Shown in pieces: positions 34,886 to 49,517 of a DNA stretch of 64,000 nucleotides (position 1 is the first letter of the stretch; each line of letters opens with the position of its first letter). Source of the stretch: Escherichia coli. Lineage in GTDB: Bacteria; Pseudomonadota; Gammaproteobacteria; Enterobacterales; Enterobacteriaceae. The DNA lies in assembly GCF_017348835.2 (NCBI RefSeq), contig NZ_CP071375.1. One strand, given 5' to 3'. A model generated the notes under the pieces. The model did not search any database, was not told the DNA's origin, and saw only the letters and a program-made list of their open reading frames with translations. A program made the translations under genes and the position numbers.

Positions 34886-36328
34886 TTAAGCGGGTAATGT
34901 GATAACAAACCTTGTCCCCCGCGCATTTGACGTAACCGCAACCGTGCCTTTATGCGCGACAACAATTGATTTCACTATCGCCAGCCCAATGCCGCTACCT
35001 TCGCCTTTTCGCTGGCGGGAGGGGTCAACGCGGTAGAAACGGTCAAACAATCGCGGTAAGTGTTCGGGCGCAATGGGCGTACCGGGGTTTTCGACGATAA
35101 CTTGCACCTGATGCTCGACCGTCTGGCAGCGCACTACAATAGCCTCACTGGGTGGCGTATAACGTAGGGCATTAGAAAGCAGGTTGCTTAACGCCCGACG
35201 CAGCATCAGCGGATCGCCCGCAACCTGACATTCGTCGCCAACAAATCGCAACTCCACGCCGCGATCTTCCGCTAACGCCTCGAAAAAATCGAACACTTTG
35301 CCGATTTCATCCGCCAGGTTGAGCATTTTCTTTTCGGGGATTAGCTGGTTGTTATCGGCCTGAGCGAGAAACAGCATATCGCTGACCATTTTCGCCATTC
35401 GCGTCAGCTCTTCGAGATTAGAGTAGAGCACATCTTCCAGTTCCTTCTGGCTGCGCGACTGGCTGAGGGCGATTTCCGTTTGCGTTATGAGATTAGTAAT
35501 TGGTGTGCGAATTTCGTGGGCGATATCCGCTGAGAAATTGGACTGGCGGGTAAAGACATCCTCAATACGCTCGATCATATGGTTGAACGACAGTACCAGC
35601 TGTTCCAGCTCAATGGGCACGGTCTGCGGGTCAAGGCGGACGTCGAGATCTTTCGAGGTGATATTCTGGATTTGACGGCTGACGCTGCGGATCGGCGCGT
35701 GACCTTTATGTACCGCCAACAGTACGATAAAGACGATTAGGATGCTGATTACCGATGCGGTCATAATAAGTTTATTCATCAAATCATTTATGTAATGAAG
35801 ATGAAAATCGATCGAAAGCGCGATGTAGAGCGTATAAATCGGTTTGCCGTCCACCAACGGGCCAACCGGCAAGTTAATCATCCGCCAGTTGCTGTGTTCC
35901 ATATGCCCGTGACCGTGGCCTGGCATCATCATCGTCGGGCCGGAAAGGAGATACACCTCGCCACCCTGAGCGTCTTTATCGGGTATGGCGTCACGCGTAA
36001 ACTCGCGGATATCCGGCGCACCGGGGGAGTGATACACCGTTTTACCCTGGCTATCTGCCAGGGAAATCAACACATTGGAATAACCACTGACGATATCTTC
36101 CAGCGTCATTAAGCGTCGGGCTTGCATTTCGTCAGGGTGATTTAGTACCCGTTCAAGGGTGGCGCTAATCTCTTTTAAATCATTAATATCCTGCTCGGCA
36201 AAATGCACTTTTACTGAGTGGATCATGATCCATGCAAAGGCGAAAAACGCCGCGATGGTGGCCAGGCTGATAAAAAAGGTCAGGCGGGTTGCCAGCGAAA
36301 ACGGGCGCTGAAATGGCTTACTGACCAT
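34886..36328 (-). CDS. cusS: Copper/silver sensor histidine kinase CusS
   Basis: 480 aa from [11 protein letters not shown]-box [10 protein letters not shown]. Confidence 0.95.
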
Positions 36329-37001
36329 CCGGCACCTCAAGCATGTAACCCACGCCGCGCACGGTTTGAATCAGCTTCGGCTCAAAGTCGTTGTCGATTT
36401 TGCCGCGTAGCCGCTTCACCGCCACATCAATGGCGTTAGTGTCGCTGTCGAAATTCATGTCCCATACCTGCGAGGCGATAAGCGAGCGGGGCAGCACTTC
36501 GCCCTGATGGCGAAGGAAAAACTCCAGCAGAGTAAATTCTTTACTGGTCAGAGTGATGCGCGTGCCGCTGCGGGTGACTTTGCGGCTGACGAGATCGACC
36601 ATCAGATCGGCAACCTGAAACTGACTTTCGATAATCACCGCCGCCCCGCGCCGCAGGAGAGTGCGCACCCGCGCCAGCAGTTCAGCAAAAGCGAATGGTT
36701 TCACCAGGTAGTCATCTGCCCCCAACTCCAGCCCCTTGACGCGATGTTCAATGGTGCCAAGCGCGGTAAGCAACAGAATCGGCATCCCTTTATTGGCGGA
36801 GCGCAACATGCGCACGATATCCCAGCCGTTCACGTCCGGCAGCATAATATCGAGGATTATCAGATCATAATCACCGGTCATCGCCAGATGGTAGCCATTC
36901 AGCCCGTTGTCGGCCAAATCGACCACAAAACCGGCTTCGGTTAACCCTTTGGTCAAGTATTCTCCGGTTTTCTTTTCATCTTCGACAATCAACAGTTTCA
37001 T
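36318..37001 (-). CDS. cusR: Response regulator CusR (OmpR family)
   Basis: 227 aa beginning [16 protein letters not shown]. Confidence 0.95.
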
Positions 37002-37066
37002 ATTTCCTCCGCATGTTGCCCGGGCAATTCTAGAGTAGCGGGATCAGATGGCAATCGCTTATTGGC

Positions 37067-37088
37067 AAAATGACAATTTTGTCATTTT
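37067..37088. promoter_or_regulatory. CusR box palindrome in the cusR-cusC divergent promoter
   Basis: aaaatgacaattttgtcatttt, a perfect inverted repeat. Confidence 0.8.
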
Positions 37089-37157
37089 CCTGTCACCGGA
37101 AAATCAGAGCCTGGCGAGTAAAGTTGGTGGTATAAAATCACCAGAAATTATCAGCCT

Positions 37158-38540
37158 ATGTCTCCTTGTAAACTTCTGCCATTTTGTGTGGCCCTTGCGC
37201 TAACCGGTTGTTCACTGGCACCGGATTATCAGCGCCCGGCAATGCCCGTGCCGCAGCAGTTCTCACTCAGCCAGAACGGCCTCGTTAACGCAGCAGATAA
37301 CTACCAGAACGCGGGCTGGCGCACCTTTTTTGTTGATAATCAGGTGAAGACGCTGATTAGCGAGGCGCTGGTGAATAACCGGGATTTGCGCATGGCGACG
37401 CTGAAAGTGCAGGAAGCGCGGGCGCAATATCGTCTGACCGATGCTGACCGCTACCCACAGCTCAATGGCGAGGGCAGCGGCAGCTGGAGCGGCAATCTTA
37501 AAGGCGATTCAGCCACGACGCGGGAGTTTTCTACTGGCCTTAACGCCAGCTTTGACCTCGATTTTTTCGGGCGCTTAAAGAACATGAGCGAAGCCGAGCG
37601 ACAAAATTATTTAGCCACTGAGGAAGCTCAGCGCGCGGTGCATATTCTGCTGGTTTCTAATGTCGCGCAAAGCTATTTCAATCAGCAGCTGGCGTATGCG
37701 CAATTGCAAATAGCCGAAGAAACGCTGCGTAATTATCAGCAGTCATATGCGTTTGTCGAAAAACAACTGTTGACAGGTAGCAGTAATGTTCTGGCGCTGG
37801 AACAGGCTCGCGGGGTGATTGAAAGTACCCGCAGCGACATCGCTAAACGTCAGGGGGAACTGGCGCAGGCGAATAATGCATTGCAACTGTTATTGGGAAG
37901 CTACGGCAAGCTGCCGCAAGCGCAGACAGTAAACGGCGGCAGTCTGCAAAGCGTTAAATTACCGGCGGGCTTGTCGTCGCAAATCTTATTGCAGCGCCCG
38001 GATATTATGGAAGCTGAACATGCGTTAATGGCGGCTAATGCCAATATTGGTGCTGCACGCGCGGCATTTTTCCCGTCTATCAGCCTGACCAGCGGAATAT
38101 CAACCGCCAGCAGCGATCTGTCGTCATTATTTAACGCCAGCAGCGGGATGTGGAATTTTATACCCAAAATTGAGATCCCCATTTTTAATGCCGGACGTAA
38201 CCAGGCCAATCTGGATATCGCCGAAATTCGCCAGCAGCAGTCGGTGGTGAATTATGAACAGAAAATCCAGAACGCCTTTAAAGAAGTGGCAGATGCGCTG
38301 GCATTACGTCAAAGCCTGAACGATCAAATTAGCGCCCAGCAGCGTTATCTGGCATCGCTGCAAATTACTTTGCAACGGGCGCGGGCATTATATCAGCACG
38401 GCGCAGTAAGTTATCTGGAAGTGCTGGATGCCGAGCGTTCTTTATTTGCAACCCGACAAACTTTACTTGACCTGAATTATGCCCGTCAGGTTAACGAAAT
38501 TTCTTTATATACCGCACTTGGTGGCGGTTGGCAGCAATAA
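37158..38540 (+). CDS. cusC: Outer membrane factor lipoprotein CusC
   Basis: 460-aa ORF with lipobox LTGCSL. Confidence 0.95.
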   Translation: MSPCKLLPFCVALALTGCSLAPDYQRPAMPVPQQFSLSQNGLVNAADNYQNAGWRTFFVDNQVKTLISEALVNNRDLRMATLKVQEARAQYRLTDADRYPQLNGEGSGSWSGNLKGDSATTREFSTGLNASFDLDFFGRLKNMSEAERQNYLATEEAQRAVHILLVSNVAQSYFNQQLAYAQLQIAEETLRNYQQSYAFVEKQLLTGSSNVLALEQARGVIESTRSDIAKRQGELAQANNALQLLLGSYGKLPQAQTVNGGSLQSVKLPAGLSSQILLQRPDIMEAEHALMAANANIGAARAAFFPSISLTSGISTASSDLSSLFNASSGMWNFIPKIEIPIFNAGRNQANLDIAEIRQQQSVVNYEQKIQNAFKEVADALALRQSLNDQISAQQRYLASLQITLQRARALYQHGAVSYLEVLDAERSLFATRQTLLDLNYARQVNEISLYTALGGGWQQ

Positions 38541-38563
38541 CTTTTAACTCCAGGAGAGAATAA

Positions 38564-38896
38564 ATGAAAAAAGCACTGCAAGTCGCAATGTTCAGTCTGT
38601 TTACCGTTATTGGCTTTAATGCCCAGGCTAACGAACATCATCATGAAACCATGAGCGAAGCACAACCACAGGTTATTAGCGCCACTGGCGTGGTAAAAGG
38701 TGTTGATCTGGAAAGCAAAAAAATCACCATCCATCACGATCCGATTGCTGCCGTCAACTGGCCGGAGATGACCATGCGCTTTACCATCACCCCGCAGACG
38801 AAAATGAGTGAAATTAAAACCGGCGACAAAGTGGCGTTTAATTTTGTCCAGCAGGGCAACCTTTCTTTATTACAGGATATTAAAGTCAGCCAGTAA
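38564..38896 (+). CDS. cusF: Periplasmic copper chaperone CusF
   Basis: 110 aa with signal peptide. Confidence 0.95.
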   Translation: MKKALQVAMFSLFTVIGFNAQANEHHHETMSEAQPQVISATGVVKGVDLESKKITIHHDPIAAVNWPEMTMRFTITPQTKMSEIKTGDKVAFNFVQQGNLSLLQDIKVSQ

Positions 38897-38911
38897 CCCA
38901 GGTTTAATGAG

Positions 38912-40135
38912 ATGAAAAAAATCGCGCTTATTATCGGCAGCATGATCGCGGGCGGTATTATTTCTGCGGCAGGTTTTACCTGGTTTGCAAAGGCTGAACC
39001 ACCCGCAGAAAAAACATCGACCGCAGAACGTAAAATCTTATTCTGGTACGACCCTATGTATCCCAATACGCGGTTCGATAAACCAGGTAAATCGCCGTTT
39101 ATGGATATGGATCTGGTGCCGAAATATGCCGATGAAGAGAGTTCTGCGTCTGGTGTGCGCATTGACCCGACTCAGACGCAGAATCTGGGGGTGAAAACGG
39201 CTACCGTCACGCGCGGACCGCTGACTTTTGCCCAGAGTTTCCCGGCGAATGTCAGTTACAACGAGTATCAGTATGCCATTGTGCAGGCTCGCGCTGCCGG
39301 GTTTATCGACAAGGTGTATCCGCTTACCGTGGGCGATAAAGTACAAAAGGGCACACCGCTTCTCGACCTGACCATTCCTGACTGGGTGGAAGCGCAGAGT
39401 GAGTATTTACTGCTGCGCGAAACCGGCGGTACGGCGACCCAGACTGAAGGCATTCTTGAGCGGCTGCGACTGGCGGGAATGCCGGAGGCGGATATTCGCC
39501 GCCTGATCGCCACGCAAAAAATCCAGACTCGCTTTACGCTCAAAGCACCCATTGATGGCGTGATCACCGCGTTTGATCTGCGCGCGGGAATGAATATCGC
39601 CAAAGATAACGTGGTAGCGAAAATTCAGGGTATGGACCCGGTGTGGGTCACTGCTGCGATCCCGGAGTCTATCGCCTGGCTGGTGAAAGATGCCTCGCAG
39701 TTTACGCTCACCGTTCCGGCACGACCGGATAAAACACTCACCATCCGCAAATGGACGCTGCTACCCGGCGTGGATGCCGCGACCCGCACGCTGCAGCTGC
39801 GTCTGGAAGTCGACAACGCCGACGAGGCGCTAAAACCGGGCATGAACGCCTGGTTGCAACTCAATACCGCCAGCGAACCGATGCTGCTCATTCCGTCACA
39901 AGCGCTGATTGATACCGGCAGCGAACAGCGGGTGATTACCGTTGATGCCGACGGGCGCTTTGTACCGAAACGCGTTGCCGTTTTCCAGGCATCGCAAGGT
40001 GTCACCGCATTACGCTCTGGTCTGGCGGAAGGTGAAAAGGTGGTTTCCAGCGGCCTGTTCCTGATTGATTCCGAAGCCAATATTTCTGGCGCACTGGAGC
40101 GGATGCGCTCTGAAAGTGCTACCCATGCGCATTGA
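38912..40135 (+). CDS. cusB: Membrane fusion protein CusB
   Basis: 407 aa. Confidence 0.95.
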   Translation: MKKIALIIGSMIAGGIISAAGFTWFAKAEPPAEKTSTAERKILFWYDPMYPNTRFDKPGKSPFMDMDLVPKYADEESSASGVRIDPTQTQNLGVKTATVTRGPLTFAQSFPANVSYNEYQYAIVQARAAGFIDKVYPLTVGDKVQKGTPLLDLTIPDWVEAQSEYLLLRETGGTATQTEGILERLRLAGMPEADIRRLIATQKIQTRFTLKAPIDGVITAFDLRAGMNIAKDNVVAKIQGMDPVWVTAAIPESIAWLVKDASQFTLTVPARPDKTLTIRKWTLLPGVDAATRTLQLRLEVDNADEALKPGMNAWLQLNTASEPMLLIPSQALIDTGSEQRVITVDADGRFVPKRVAVFQASQGVTALRSGLAEGEKVVSSGLFLIDSEANISGALERMRSESATHAH

Positions 40136-40146
40136 GGGAATAACCA

Positions 40147-43100
40147 ATGATTGAATGGATTATTCGTCGCTCGGTGGCGAACCGTTTTCTGGTGCTGATG
40201 GGCGCGTTATTTCTGAGTATCTGGGGCACCTGGACCATCATTAACACGCCAGTGGATGCGTTGCCGGATCTCTCCGATGTGCAGGTGATTATTAAAACCA
40301 GCTATCCCGGTCAGGCACCGCAAATCGTTGAAAATCAGGTGACTTATCCGCTAACCACCACCATGTTGTCGGTGCCTGGCGCGAAGACTGTGCGTGGTTT
40401 CTCGCAGTTTGGCGACTCTTATGTGTATGTCATTTTCGAAGATGGCACCGATCCGTACTGGGCGCGCTCGCGGGTGCTGGAGTACCTCAACCAGGTACAG
40501 GGTAAGCTGCCTGCGGGAGTCAGCGCCGAGCTGGGGCCAGATGCCACGGGTGTTGGCTGGATCTATGAATATGCACTGGTGGATCGCAGCGGTAAGCACG
40601 ATCTTGCCGATTTACGCTCATTGCAGGACTGGTTTCTCAAATATGAGCTAAAAACCATCCCTGACGTTGCGGAAGTGGCGTCGGTGGGCGGTGTGGTGAA
40701 AGAGTATCAGGTGGTTATCGATCCTCAGCGCCTGGCGCAGTATGGCATCAGTCTCGGCGAAGTGAAAAATGCGCTGGATGCTTCAAACCAGGAAGCGGGC
40801 GGTTCGTCGATCGAACTGGCGGAAGCGGAATATATGGTGCGCGCCAGCGGCTATCTGCAAACGCTCGACGACTTTAATCACATCGTTTTAAAAGCCAGTG
40901 AAAATGGCGTGCCCGTTTATCTGCGTGATGTTGCGAAGGTCCAGGTTGGCCCGGAGATGCGCCGGGGCATTGCCGAACTGAACGGCGAAGGCGAAGTGGC
41001 AGGTGGGGTGGTGATCCTGCGCTCCGGCAAAAACGCCCGAGAAGTGATCGCCGCCGTGAAGGACAAACTGGAAACGCTGAAAAGTAGTCTGCCGGAAGGC
41101 GTGGAGATAGTTACAACATACGATCGCAGCCAGCTCATTGACCGCGCCATCGACAACCTCAGCGGCAAGTTGCTGGAAGAGTTTATTGTGGTGGCGGTAG
41201 TCTGTGCGCTGTTTCTCTGGCATGTGCGCTCGGCGCTGGTGGCGATTATTTCGTTGCCGCTGGGGTTGTGTATTGCTTTTATTGTCATGCACTTTCAGGG
41301 ACTGAACGCCAATATTATGTCGCTGGGCGGCATTGCGATTGCCGTCGGGGCGATGGTCGATGCCGCTATCGTCATGATCGAGAATGCGCATAAACGGCTG
41401 GAAGAGTGGCAGCACCAGCATCCTGACGCCACGCTGGATAATAAAACGCGCTGGCAGGTGATCACCGATGCGTCTGTTGAAGTGGGTCCGGCGTTGTTTA
41501 TCAGTCTGCTGATTATCACGTTGTCGTTTATCCCGATCTTCACCCTGGAAGGGCAGGAAGGGCGTCTGTTTGGCCCGCTGGCGTTCACTAAAACCTATGC
41601 GATGGCGGGCGCGGCGCTGCTGGCGATCGTAGTGATCCCGATCCTGATGGGCTACTGGATCCGTGGCAAAATTCCGCCGGAAAGCAGTAACCCGCTCAAT
41701 CGCTTTTTGATTCGTGTTTATCATCCGCTATTGCTGAAAGTACTGCACTGGCCGAAAACCACGCTGTTGGTGGCCGCGCTTTCGGTGCTGACGGTTCTCT
41801 GGCCGCTCAATAAAGTTGGCGGGGAATTTTTACCGCAGATCAATGAAGGCGACTTGTTGTATATGCCATCGACGCTGCCGGGGATTTCCGCAGCAGAGGC
41901 GGCGAGTATGCTGCAAAAAACCGACAAGCTAATTATGAGCGTACCTGAAGTGGCGCGGGTATTTGGCAAAACCGGGAAAGCGGAAACCGCCACCGATTCT
42001 GCTCCGCTGGAGATGGTAGAAACGACCATCCAGCTTAAGCCGCAGGAGCAGTGGCGGCCAGGCATGACGATGGACAAAATCATTGAGGAACTGGATAACA
42101 CCGTGCGTCTGCCGGGGCTGGCGAATCTGTGGGTGCCGCCAATTCGTAACCGTATCGATATGCTCTCGACCGGCATTAAAAGCCCCATCGGCATTAAAGT
42201 TTCCGGCACTGTGCTGGCGGATATCGACGCGATGGCGGAGCAAATTGAAGAGGTGGCACGAACGGTGCCAGGCGTGGCTTCTGCTCTAGCCGAGCGTCTG
42301 GAAGGTGGGCGCTATATCAACGTTGAGATTAACCGTGAAAAAGCCGCGCGTTACGGTATGACGGTGGCAGATGTGCAGTTGTTTGTGACTTCTGCTGTGG
42401 GCGGGGCGATGGTTGGCGAAACGGTGGAAGGAATTGCCCGTTATCCAATTAATCTGCGTTATCCGCAAAGCTGGCGCGATAGTCCGCAGGCACTGCGCCA
42501 GCTGCCGATTCTGACGCCGATGAAGCAGCAAATCACCCTGGCAGACGTGGCCGACGTTAAAGTCTCTACCGGACCGTCGATGCTGAAAACCGAGAATGCG
42601 CGCCCGACGAGCTGGATTTATATCGATGCCCGCGATCGTGACATGGTGTCGGTGGTTCACGATTTGCAAAAAGCGATAGCTGAAAAAGTGCAGTTAAAAC
42701 CGGGCACCAGCGTGGCATTCTCCGGGCAGTTCGAGCTACTGGAGCGCGCCAACCATAAGCTGAAACTCATGGTGCCGATGACACTGATGATCATCTTCGT
42801 GCTGTTGTATCTGGCATTCCGTCGGGTGGGCGAAGCGTTGCTGATTATCAGCAGCGTACCGTTTGCGCTGGTGGGCGGCATCTGGTTGCTGTGGTGGATG
42901 GGCTTTCATCTTTCTGTGGCGACGGGCACTGGCTTTATTGCCCTTGCCGGGGTTGCTGCCGAATTTGGCGTGGTGATGCTGATGTATTTACGTCACGCCA
43001 TAGAGGCCGAGCCGTCGTTGAATAATCCGCAAACATTCAGCGAGCAGAAGCTGGATGAGGCGTTGTATCACGGCGCGGTTCTGCGCGTGCGCCCGAAAGC

Positions 43101-43290
43101 GATGACGGTGGCGGTGATTATCGCCGGTTTGCTGCCGATTCTGTGGGGAACGGGGGCTGGTTCAGAGGTGATGAGCCGGATTGCCGCGCCGATGATTGGC
43201 GGCATGATCACCGCGCCTTTGCTGTCGCTGTTTATTATCCCGGCGGCGTATAAGCTGATGTGGCTGCACCGACATCGGGTACGGAAATAA
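40147..43290 (+). CDS. cusA: RND copper/silver efflux pump CusA
   Basis: 1047 aa, 12-TM RND architecture. Confidence 0.95.
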   Translation: MIEWIIRRSVANRFLVLMGALFLSIWGTWTIINTPVDALPDLSDVQVIIKTSYPGQAPQIVENQVTYPLTTTMLSVPGAKTVRGFSQFGDSYVYVIFEDGTDPYWARSRVLEYLNQVQGKLPAGVSAELGPDATGVGWIYEYALVDRSGKHDLADLRSLQDWFLKYELKTIPDVAEVASVGGVVKEYQVVIDPQRLAQYGISLGEVKNALDASNQEAGGSSIELAEAEYMVRASGYLQTLDDFNHIVLKASENGVPVYLRDVAKVQVGPEMRRGIAELNGEGEVAGGVVILRSGKNAREVIAAVKDKLETLKSSLPEGVEIVTTYDRSQLIDRAIDNLSGKLLEEFIVVAVVCALFLWHVRSALVAIISLPLGLCIAFIVMHFQGLNANIMSLGGIAIAVGAMVDAAIVMIENAHKRLEEWQHQHPDATLDNKTRWQVITDASVEVGPALFISLLIITLSFIPIFTLEGQEGRLFGPLAFTKTYAMAGAALLAIVVIPILMGYWIRGKIPPESSNPLNRFLIRVYHPLLLKVLHWPKTTLLVAALSVLTVLWPLNKVGGEFLPQINEGDLLYMPSTLPGISAAEAASMLQKTDKLIMSVPEVARVFGKTGKAETATDSAPLEMVETTIQLKPQEQWRPGMTMDKIIEELDNTVRLPGLANLWVPPIRNRIDMLSTGIKSPIGIKVSGTVLADIDAMAEQIEEVARTVPGVASALAERLEGGRYINVEINREKAARYGMTVADVQLFVTSAVGGAMVGETVEGIARYPINLRYPQSWRDSPQALRQLPILTPMKQQITLADVADVKVSTGPSMLKTENARPTSWIYIDARDRDMVSVVHDLQKAIAEKVQLKPGTSVAFSGQFELLERANHKLKLMVPMTLMIIFVLLYLAFRRVGEALLIISSVPFALVGGIWLLWWMGFHLSVATGTGFIALAGVAAEFGVVMLMYLRHAIEAEPSLNNPQTFSEQKLDEALYHGAVLRVRPKAMTVAVIIAGLLPILWGTGAGSEVMSRIAAPMIGGMITAPLLSLFIIPAAYKLMWLHRHRVRK

Positions 43291-43391
43291 AAGCAGGATA
43301 CCCCGTTTAACCGTGTGGATTGTGTCTTGCGACGATGGGCACTAAATGTTAAAAGGTGCCCCTCAACAAAAAAGACACACAGGGGAAAGGC

Positions 43392-44768
43392 GTGAAAAAC
43401 GCGTCAACCGTATCGGAAGATACTGCGTCGAATCAAGAGCCGACGCTTCATCGCGGATTACATAACCGTCATATTCAACTGATTGCGCTGGGTGGCGCAA
43501 TTGGTACTGGTCTGTTTCTTGGCATTGGCCCAGCGATTCAGATGGCGGGTCCGGCTGTATTGCTGGGCTACGGCGTCGCCGGGATCATCGCTTTCCTGAT
43601 TATGCGCCAGCTCGGCGAGATGGTGGTCGAAGAGCCGGTATCCGGTTCATTTGCCCACTTTGCCTATAAATACTGGGGACCGTTTGCAGGCTTCCTCTCT
43701 GGCTGGAATTACTGGGTGATGTTCGTGCTGGTGGGAATGGCAGAGCTGACCGCTGCGGGCATCTATATGCAGTACTGGTTCCCGGATGTTCCAACGTGGA
43801 TTTGGGCTGCCGCCTTCTTTATTATCATCAACGCCGTTAACCTGGTGAACGTGCGCTTATATGGCGAAACGGAGTTCTGGTTCGCGCTGATTAAAGTGCT
43901 GGCAATCATCGGCATGATCGGTTTTGGCCTGTGGCTGCTGTTTTCTGGGCACGGTGGCGAGAAAGCCAGTATCGACAACCTCTGGCGCTACGGCGGTTTC
44001 TTCGCCACCGGCTGGAATGGGCTGATTTTGTCGCTGGCGGTAATTATGTTCTCCTTCGGCGGTCTGGAGCTGATTGGGATTACTGCCGCTGAAGCGCGCG
44101 ATCCGGAAAAAAGCATTCCAAAAGCGGTAAATCAGGTGGTGTATCGCATCCTGCTGTTTTACATCGGTTCACTGGTGGTTTTACTGGCGCTCTATCCGTG
44201 GGTGGAAGTGAAATCCAACAGTAGCCCGTTTGTGATGATTTTCCATAATCTCGACAGCAACGTGGTAGCTTCTGCGCTGAACTTCGTCATTCTGGTAGCA
44301 TCGCTGTCGGTGTATAACAGCGGGGTTTACTCTAACAGCCGCATGCTGTTTGGCCTTTCTGTGCAGGGTAATGCGCCGAAGTTCCTTACCCGTGTTAGCC
44401 GTCGCGGCGTGCCGATTAACTCGCTGATGCTTTCCGGAGCGATCACTTCGCTGGTGGTGTTAATCAACTATCTGCTGCCGCAAAAAGCGTTTGGTCTGCT
44501 GATGGCGCTGGTGGTAGCAACGCTGCTGTTGAACTGGATTATGATCTGCCTGGCGCATCTGCGTTTTCGCGCGGCGATGCGACGTCAGGGACGTGAAACA
44601 CAGTTTAAGGCGCTGCTTTATCCGTTCGGCAACTATCTTTGCATTGCCTTCCTCGGCATGATTTTGCTGCTGATGTGCACGATGGATGATATGCGCTTGT
44701 CAGCGATCCTGCTGCCGGTGTGGATTGTATTCCTGTTTGTGGCATTTAAAACGCTGCGTCGGAAATAA
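43392..44768 (+). CDS. pheP: Phenylalanine-specific permease PheP
   Basis: GTG start gives 458 aa beginning MKNASTVSEDTASN. Confidence 0.93.
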   Translation: MKNASTVSEDTASNQEPTLHRGLHNRHIQLIALGGAIGTGLFLGIGPAIQMAGPAVLLGYGVAGIIAFLIMRQLGEMVVEEPVSGSFAHFAYKYWGPFAGFLSGWNYWVMFVLVGMAELTAAGIYMQYWFPDVPTWIWAAAFFIIINAVNLVNVRLYGETEFWFALIKVLAIIGMIGFGLWLLFSGHGGEKASIDNLWRYGGFFATGWNGLILSLAVIMFSFGGLELIGITAAEARDPEKSIPKAVNQVVYRILLFYIGSLVVLLALYPWVEVKSNSSPFVMIFHNLDSNVVASALNFVILVASLSVYNSGVYSNSRMLFGLSVQGNAPKFLTRVSRRGVPINSLMLSGAITSLVVLINYLLPQKAFGLLMALVVATLLLNWIMICLAHLRFRAAMRRQGRETQFKALLYPFGNYLCIAFLGMILLLMCTMDDMRLSAILLPVWIVFLFVAFKTLRRK

Positions 44769-44799
44769 GGCATTCACGCTACATCCGACAAAACGATGT

Positions 44800-44833
44800 C
44801 CGCTCTCATCCATTCGATGAGAGCGGTTTTTTT
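44800..44833. terminator. Bidirectional rho-independent terminator between pheP and ybdG
   Basis: ccgctctcatc-cattc-gatgagagcgg followed by ttttttt. Confidence 0.7.
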
Positions 44834-44835
44834 AA

Positions 44836-46131
<1,296 letters not shown>

Positions 46132-46190
46132 TTATGCAAATCAGGAGAATCTGAGGGGAAATAGCCGGGCAGATGCCCGGCAAGAGAGAA

Positions 46191-46844
46191 TTACACTTCG
46201 GTTAAGGTGATGTTTTGCGGCAGACGAGATTTCGGCAGCGTAGCGTTAAAATCTTCAACGCTGTGATGACCTACCGGAACAACCACCAGACTGGTGTAGC
46301 CTTTCTCTTTCAGACCAAATTCTGCATCGAGGATGGCGGCGTCAAAACCTTCGATGGGTACCGCGTCCAGACCCAGAGCCGCCACGCCGAGCAGGAAGTT
46401 ACCGACGTTGAGATAAACCTGTTTTGCCATCCACTCTGCATCATCATGCAGATCTTTACGGTGCATATCAGCGAAGAACTTGCGACCTTTATCGTTCGCG
46501 GCTTTCGCTTCCGGCGTGGCAAAGCGGCCATCAGCATCTTCCTGGTCAACAACCAGCTTCAGCCAGGCATCGTCCATCGCGGTTTTTGCACAGAACACCA
46601 CGACGTGCGAGGCATCAAGTATTTTACGTTCGTTGAACACATAATTACCGGCAGCGGATTTGGCAACACGCGCTTTACCTTCTTCCGTGCTGGCAACAAT
46701 AAAATGCCACGGCTGGGAGTTGGTGCTGGATGGGCTGTATTGCAGTAGCGTTTTGATCTGCTCGGCCTGTTCCGGGGTAAGTTTTTTGCTGGCATCAAAT
46801 GCCTTAGTGGAATGACGCTTTAAGGCGACAGAAATGATATCCAT
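46191..46844 (-). CDS. nfsB: Oxygen-insensitive NAD(P)H nitroreductase NfsB
   Basis: 217 aa from [17 protein letters not shown]. Confidence 0.95.
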   Translation of the reverse strand: MDIISVALKRHSTKAFDASKKLTPEQAEQIKTLLQYSPSSTNSQPWHFIVASTEEGKARVAKSAAGNYVFNERKILDASHVVVFCAKTAMDDAWLKLVVDQEDADGRFATPEAKAANDKGRKFFADMHRKDLHDDAEWMAKQVYLNVGNFLLGVAALGLDAVPIEGFDAAILDAEFGLKEKGYTSLVVVPVGHHSVEDFNATLPKSRLPQNITLTEV

Positions 46845-46937
46845 AAAGACTCCATGTGAAAGTAATTTTGCGTGCCAGCAGATTACAAGGTTCAACGAGA
46901 AATGGTAAGCGAGAAAAATGCGCTATAGATTTCCGCT

Positions 46938-47306
46938 TTAGCCTGGACGCACTCTTTTTTGATCGCGTTTAGCCAGACCATCAACCACCAGATTCCACGA
47001 ATCGTTGATCAGATCGCGAAGTAACGCTTCGGAGATTTCCTCGCCGGGATACACCGAAATCCAGTGCTTTTTATTCATGTGATACCCTGGCTTAATGCTT
47101 GGGTATATTTGCTGATTTAACAGGGATTTTTGTGGATCGGACTTCAGATTGATAAAGGGGACGCCGCGTAGCTCCGACGACAGCATAAAAATCTTGCCGC
47201 CAATTTTAAAAACATCGAACTCCGGGCCAAAAGGCCAGCAAAGCTCGACAAAGGGTAACTCAAGGGCCAGGCGTTTCGCCGTTTCGTGCAGTGATTGCTT
47301 ATCCAT
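46938..47306 (-). CDS. ybdF: YbdF, uncharacterised protein
   Basis: 122 aa from [13 protein letters not shown]. Confidence 0.85.
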
Positions 47307-47370
47307 AAACGTTCCTTTAGGCGAAGGAGAATAAGCAAAGTATGCCGCGAAGTACGGCGATAATCGACGT

Positions 47371-47619
47371 TTAATCCGCCAGCGAGAACCAGCGTCGCCA
47401 GATAAAGCGCAGAACAAAATACTCAATAGCGCCCAGCACTAAAAACCACAGACAAAACAATAAAGTGTAAAGCTGACTAAGATCCATCAGATGGAACGTG
47501 GTCACCAGTTTTTGTGCCAGCGTCAGCCCCAGTGCGGGGGCGGGCAGCAGCAGGCAAGAGAGGAAAGCCATCAGCAAAATGCCTGCTGCGGTGGTCAAGG
47601 TTTCTAAAGGGTGTTTCAT
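47371..47619 (-). CDS. ybdJ: YbdJ, small inner membrane protein
   Basis: 82 aa with two hydrophobic segments. Confidence 0.85.
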
Positions 47620-47684
47620 AACATTGTTAAATGTAAGTTAAAACACCATTGTCAGGGATATTCTTCTGTAAGGCAATTCCCGGC

Positions 47685-48812
<1,128 letters not shown>

Positions 48813-49243
48813 TTATGTTGGCGTTTTCTATTCAGTATAGAAGTGGGAGCGGCCAGGCGAGATGCGGAAGTTCTGGAATGTTTCTTTTTTTGGTGATGGT
48901 GACTGAAGCAATTTGGCTACTTTTGCAATGTGACAAGTTATGGCACGGCTGGCTGGTGGCGAAGAATTTTGATGATTGGGGCGCGCAGAATAAAACTGGC
49001 TCAGCTTCAGTTGATCAAATGAGGAGTGAGAAGTCCGAAACAAGACTCACTGTATAAATAAACAGCTATTTTATTGAGGAAGGGTAAGATAACGGCGGGT
49101 GCCTGAAGCTTTCCGGTTTCAGGTTAACTCTGAGGTCTGGAAAGATGAAGCCCCAGGAGATATTTCTATCAACCCTGGGGCTACCTACCCAAACCTGAAC
49201 AATTTGGATGGTAGTCCCTTCTTCGCATGGAGGCAATATAAAC

Positions 49244-49396
49244 ATGCTGACGAAATATGCCCTTGTGGCAGTCATAGTGCTGTGTTTGACAGTGCTGGGA
49301 TTTACGCTTCTGGTCGGAGACTCGTTGTGTGAGTTTACGGTGAAGGAACGTAATATTGAGTTCAGGGCTGTTCTCGCTTACGAACCGAAGAAGTAG
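49244..49396 (+). CDS. hokE: Type I toxin HokE (Hok/Gef family)
   Basis: 50 aa [50 protein letters not shown]; the track ORF has an in-frame upstream extension from 49208. Confidence 0.88.
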   Translation: MLTKYALVAVIVLCLTVLGFTLLVGDSLCEFTVKERNIEFRAVLAYEPKK

Positions 49397-49517
49397 CCGT
49401 TGTGCGGGGAGCAATCCCCGCATATCCGGTTGTCAGGTCAGAGTGGTAAGGCACCTGCTTTACACTTTCGCCCGCAGTCAGTGATGGCTGCGGGCGAATC
49501 GTACCAGATGTTGTCAA

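Noticed and set aside
48815-49057. 80-aa ORF upstream of hokE
   Set aside because: Falls in the region expected to hold the hok mRNA leader and antisense RNA; no RBS or recognisable domain, so not called as a protein gene.
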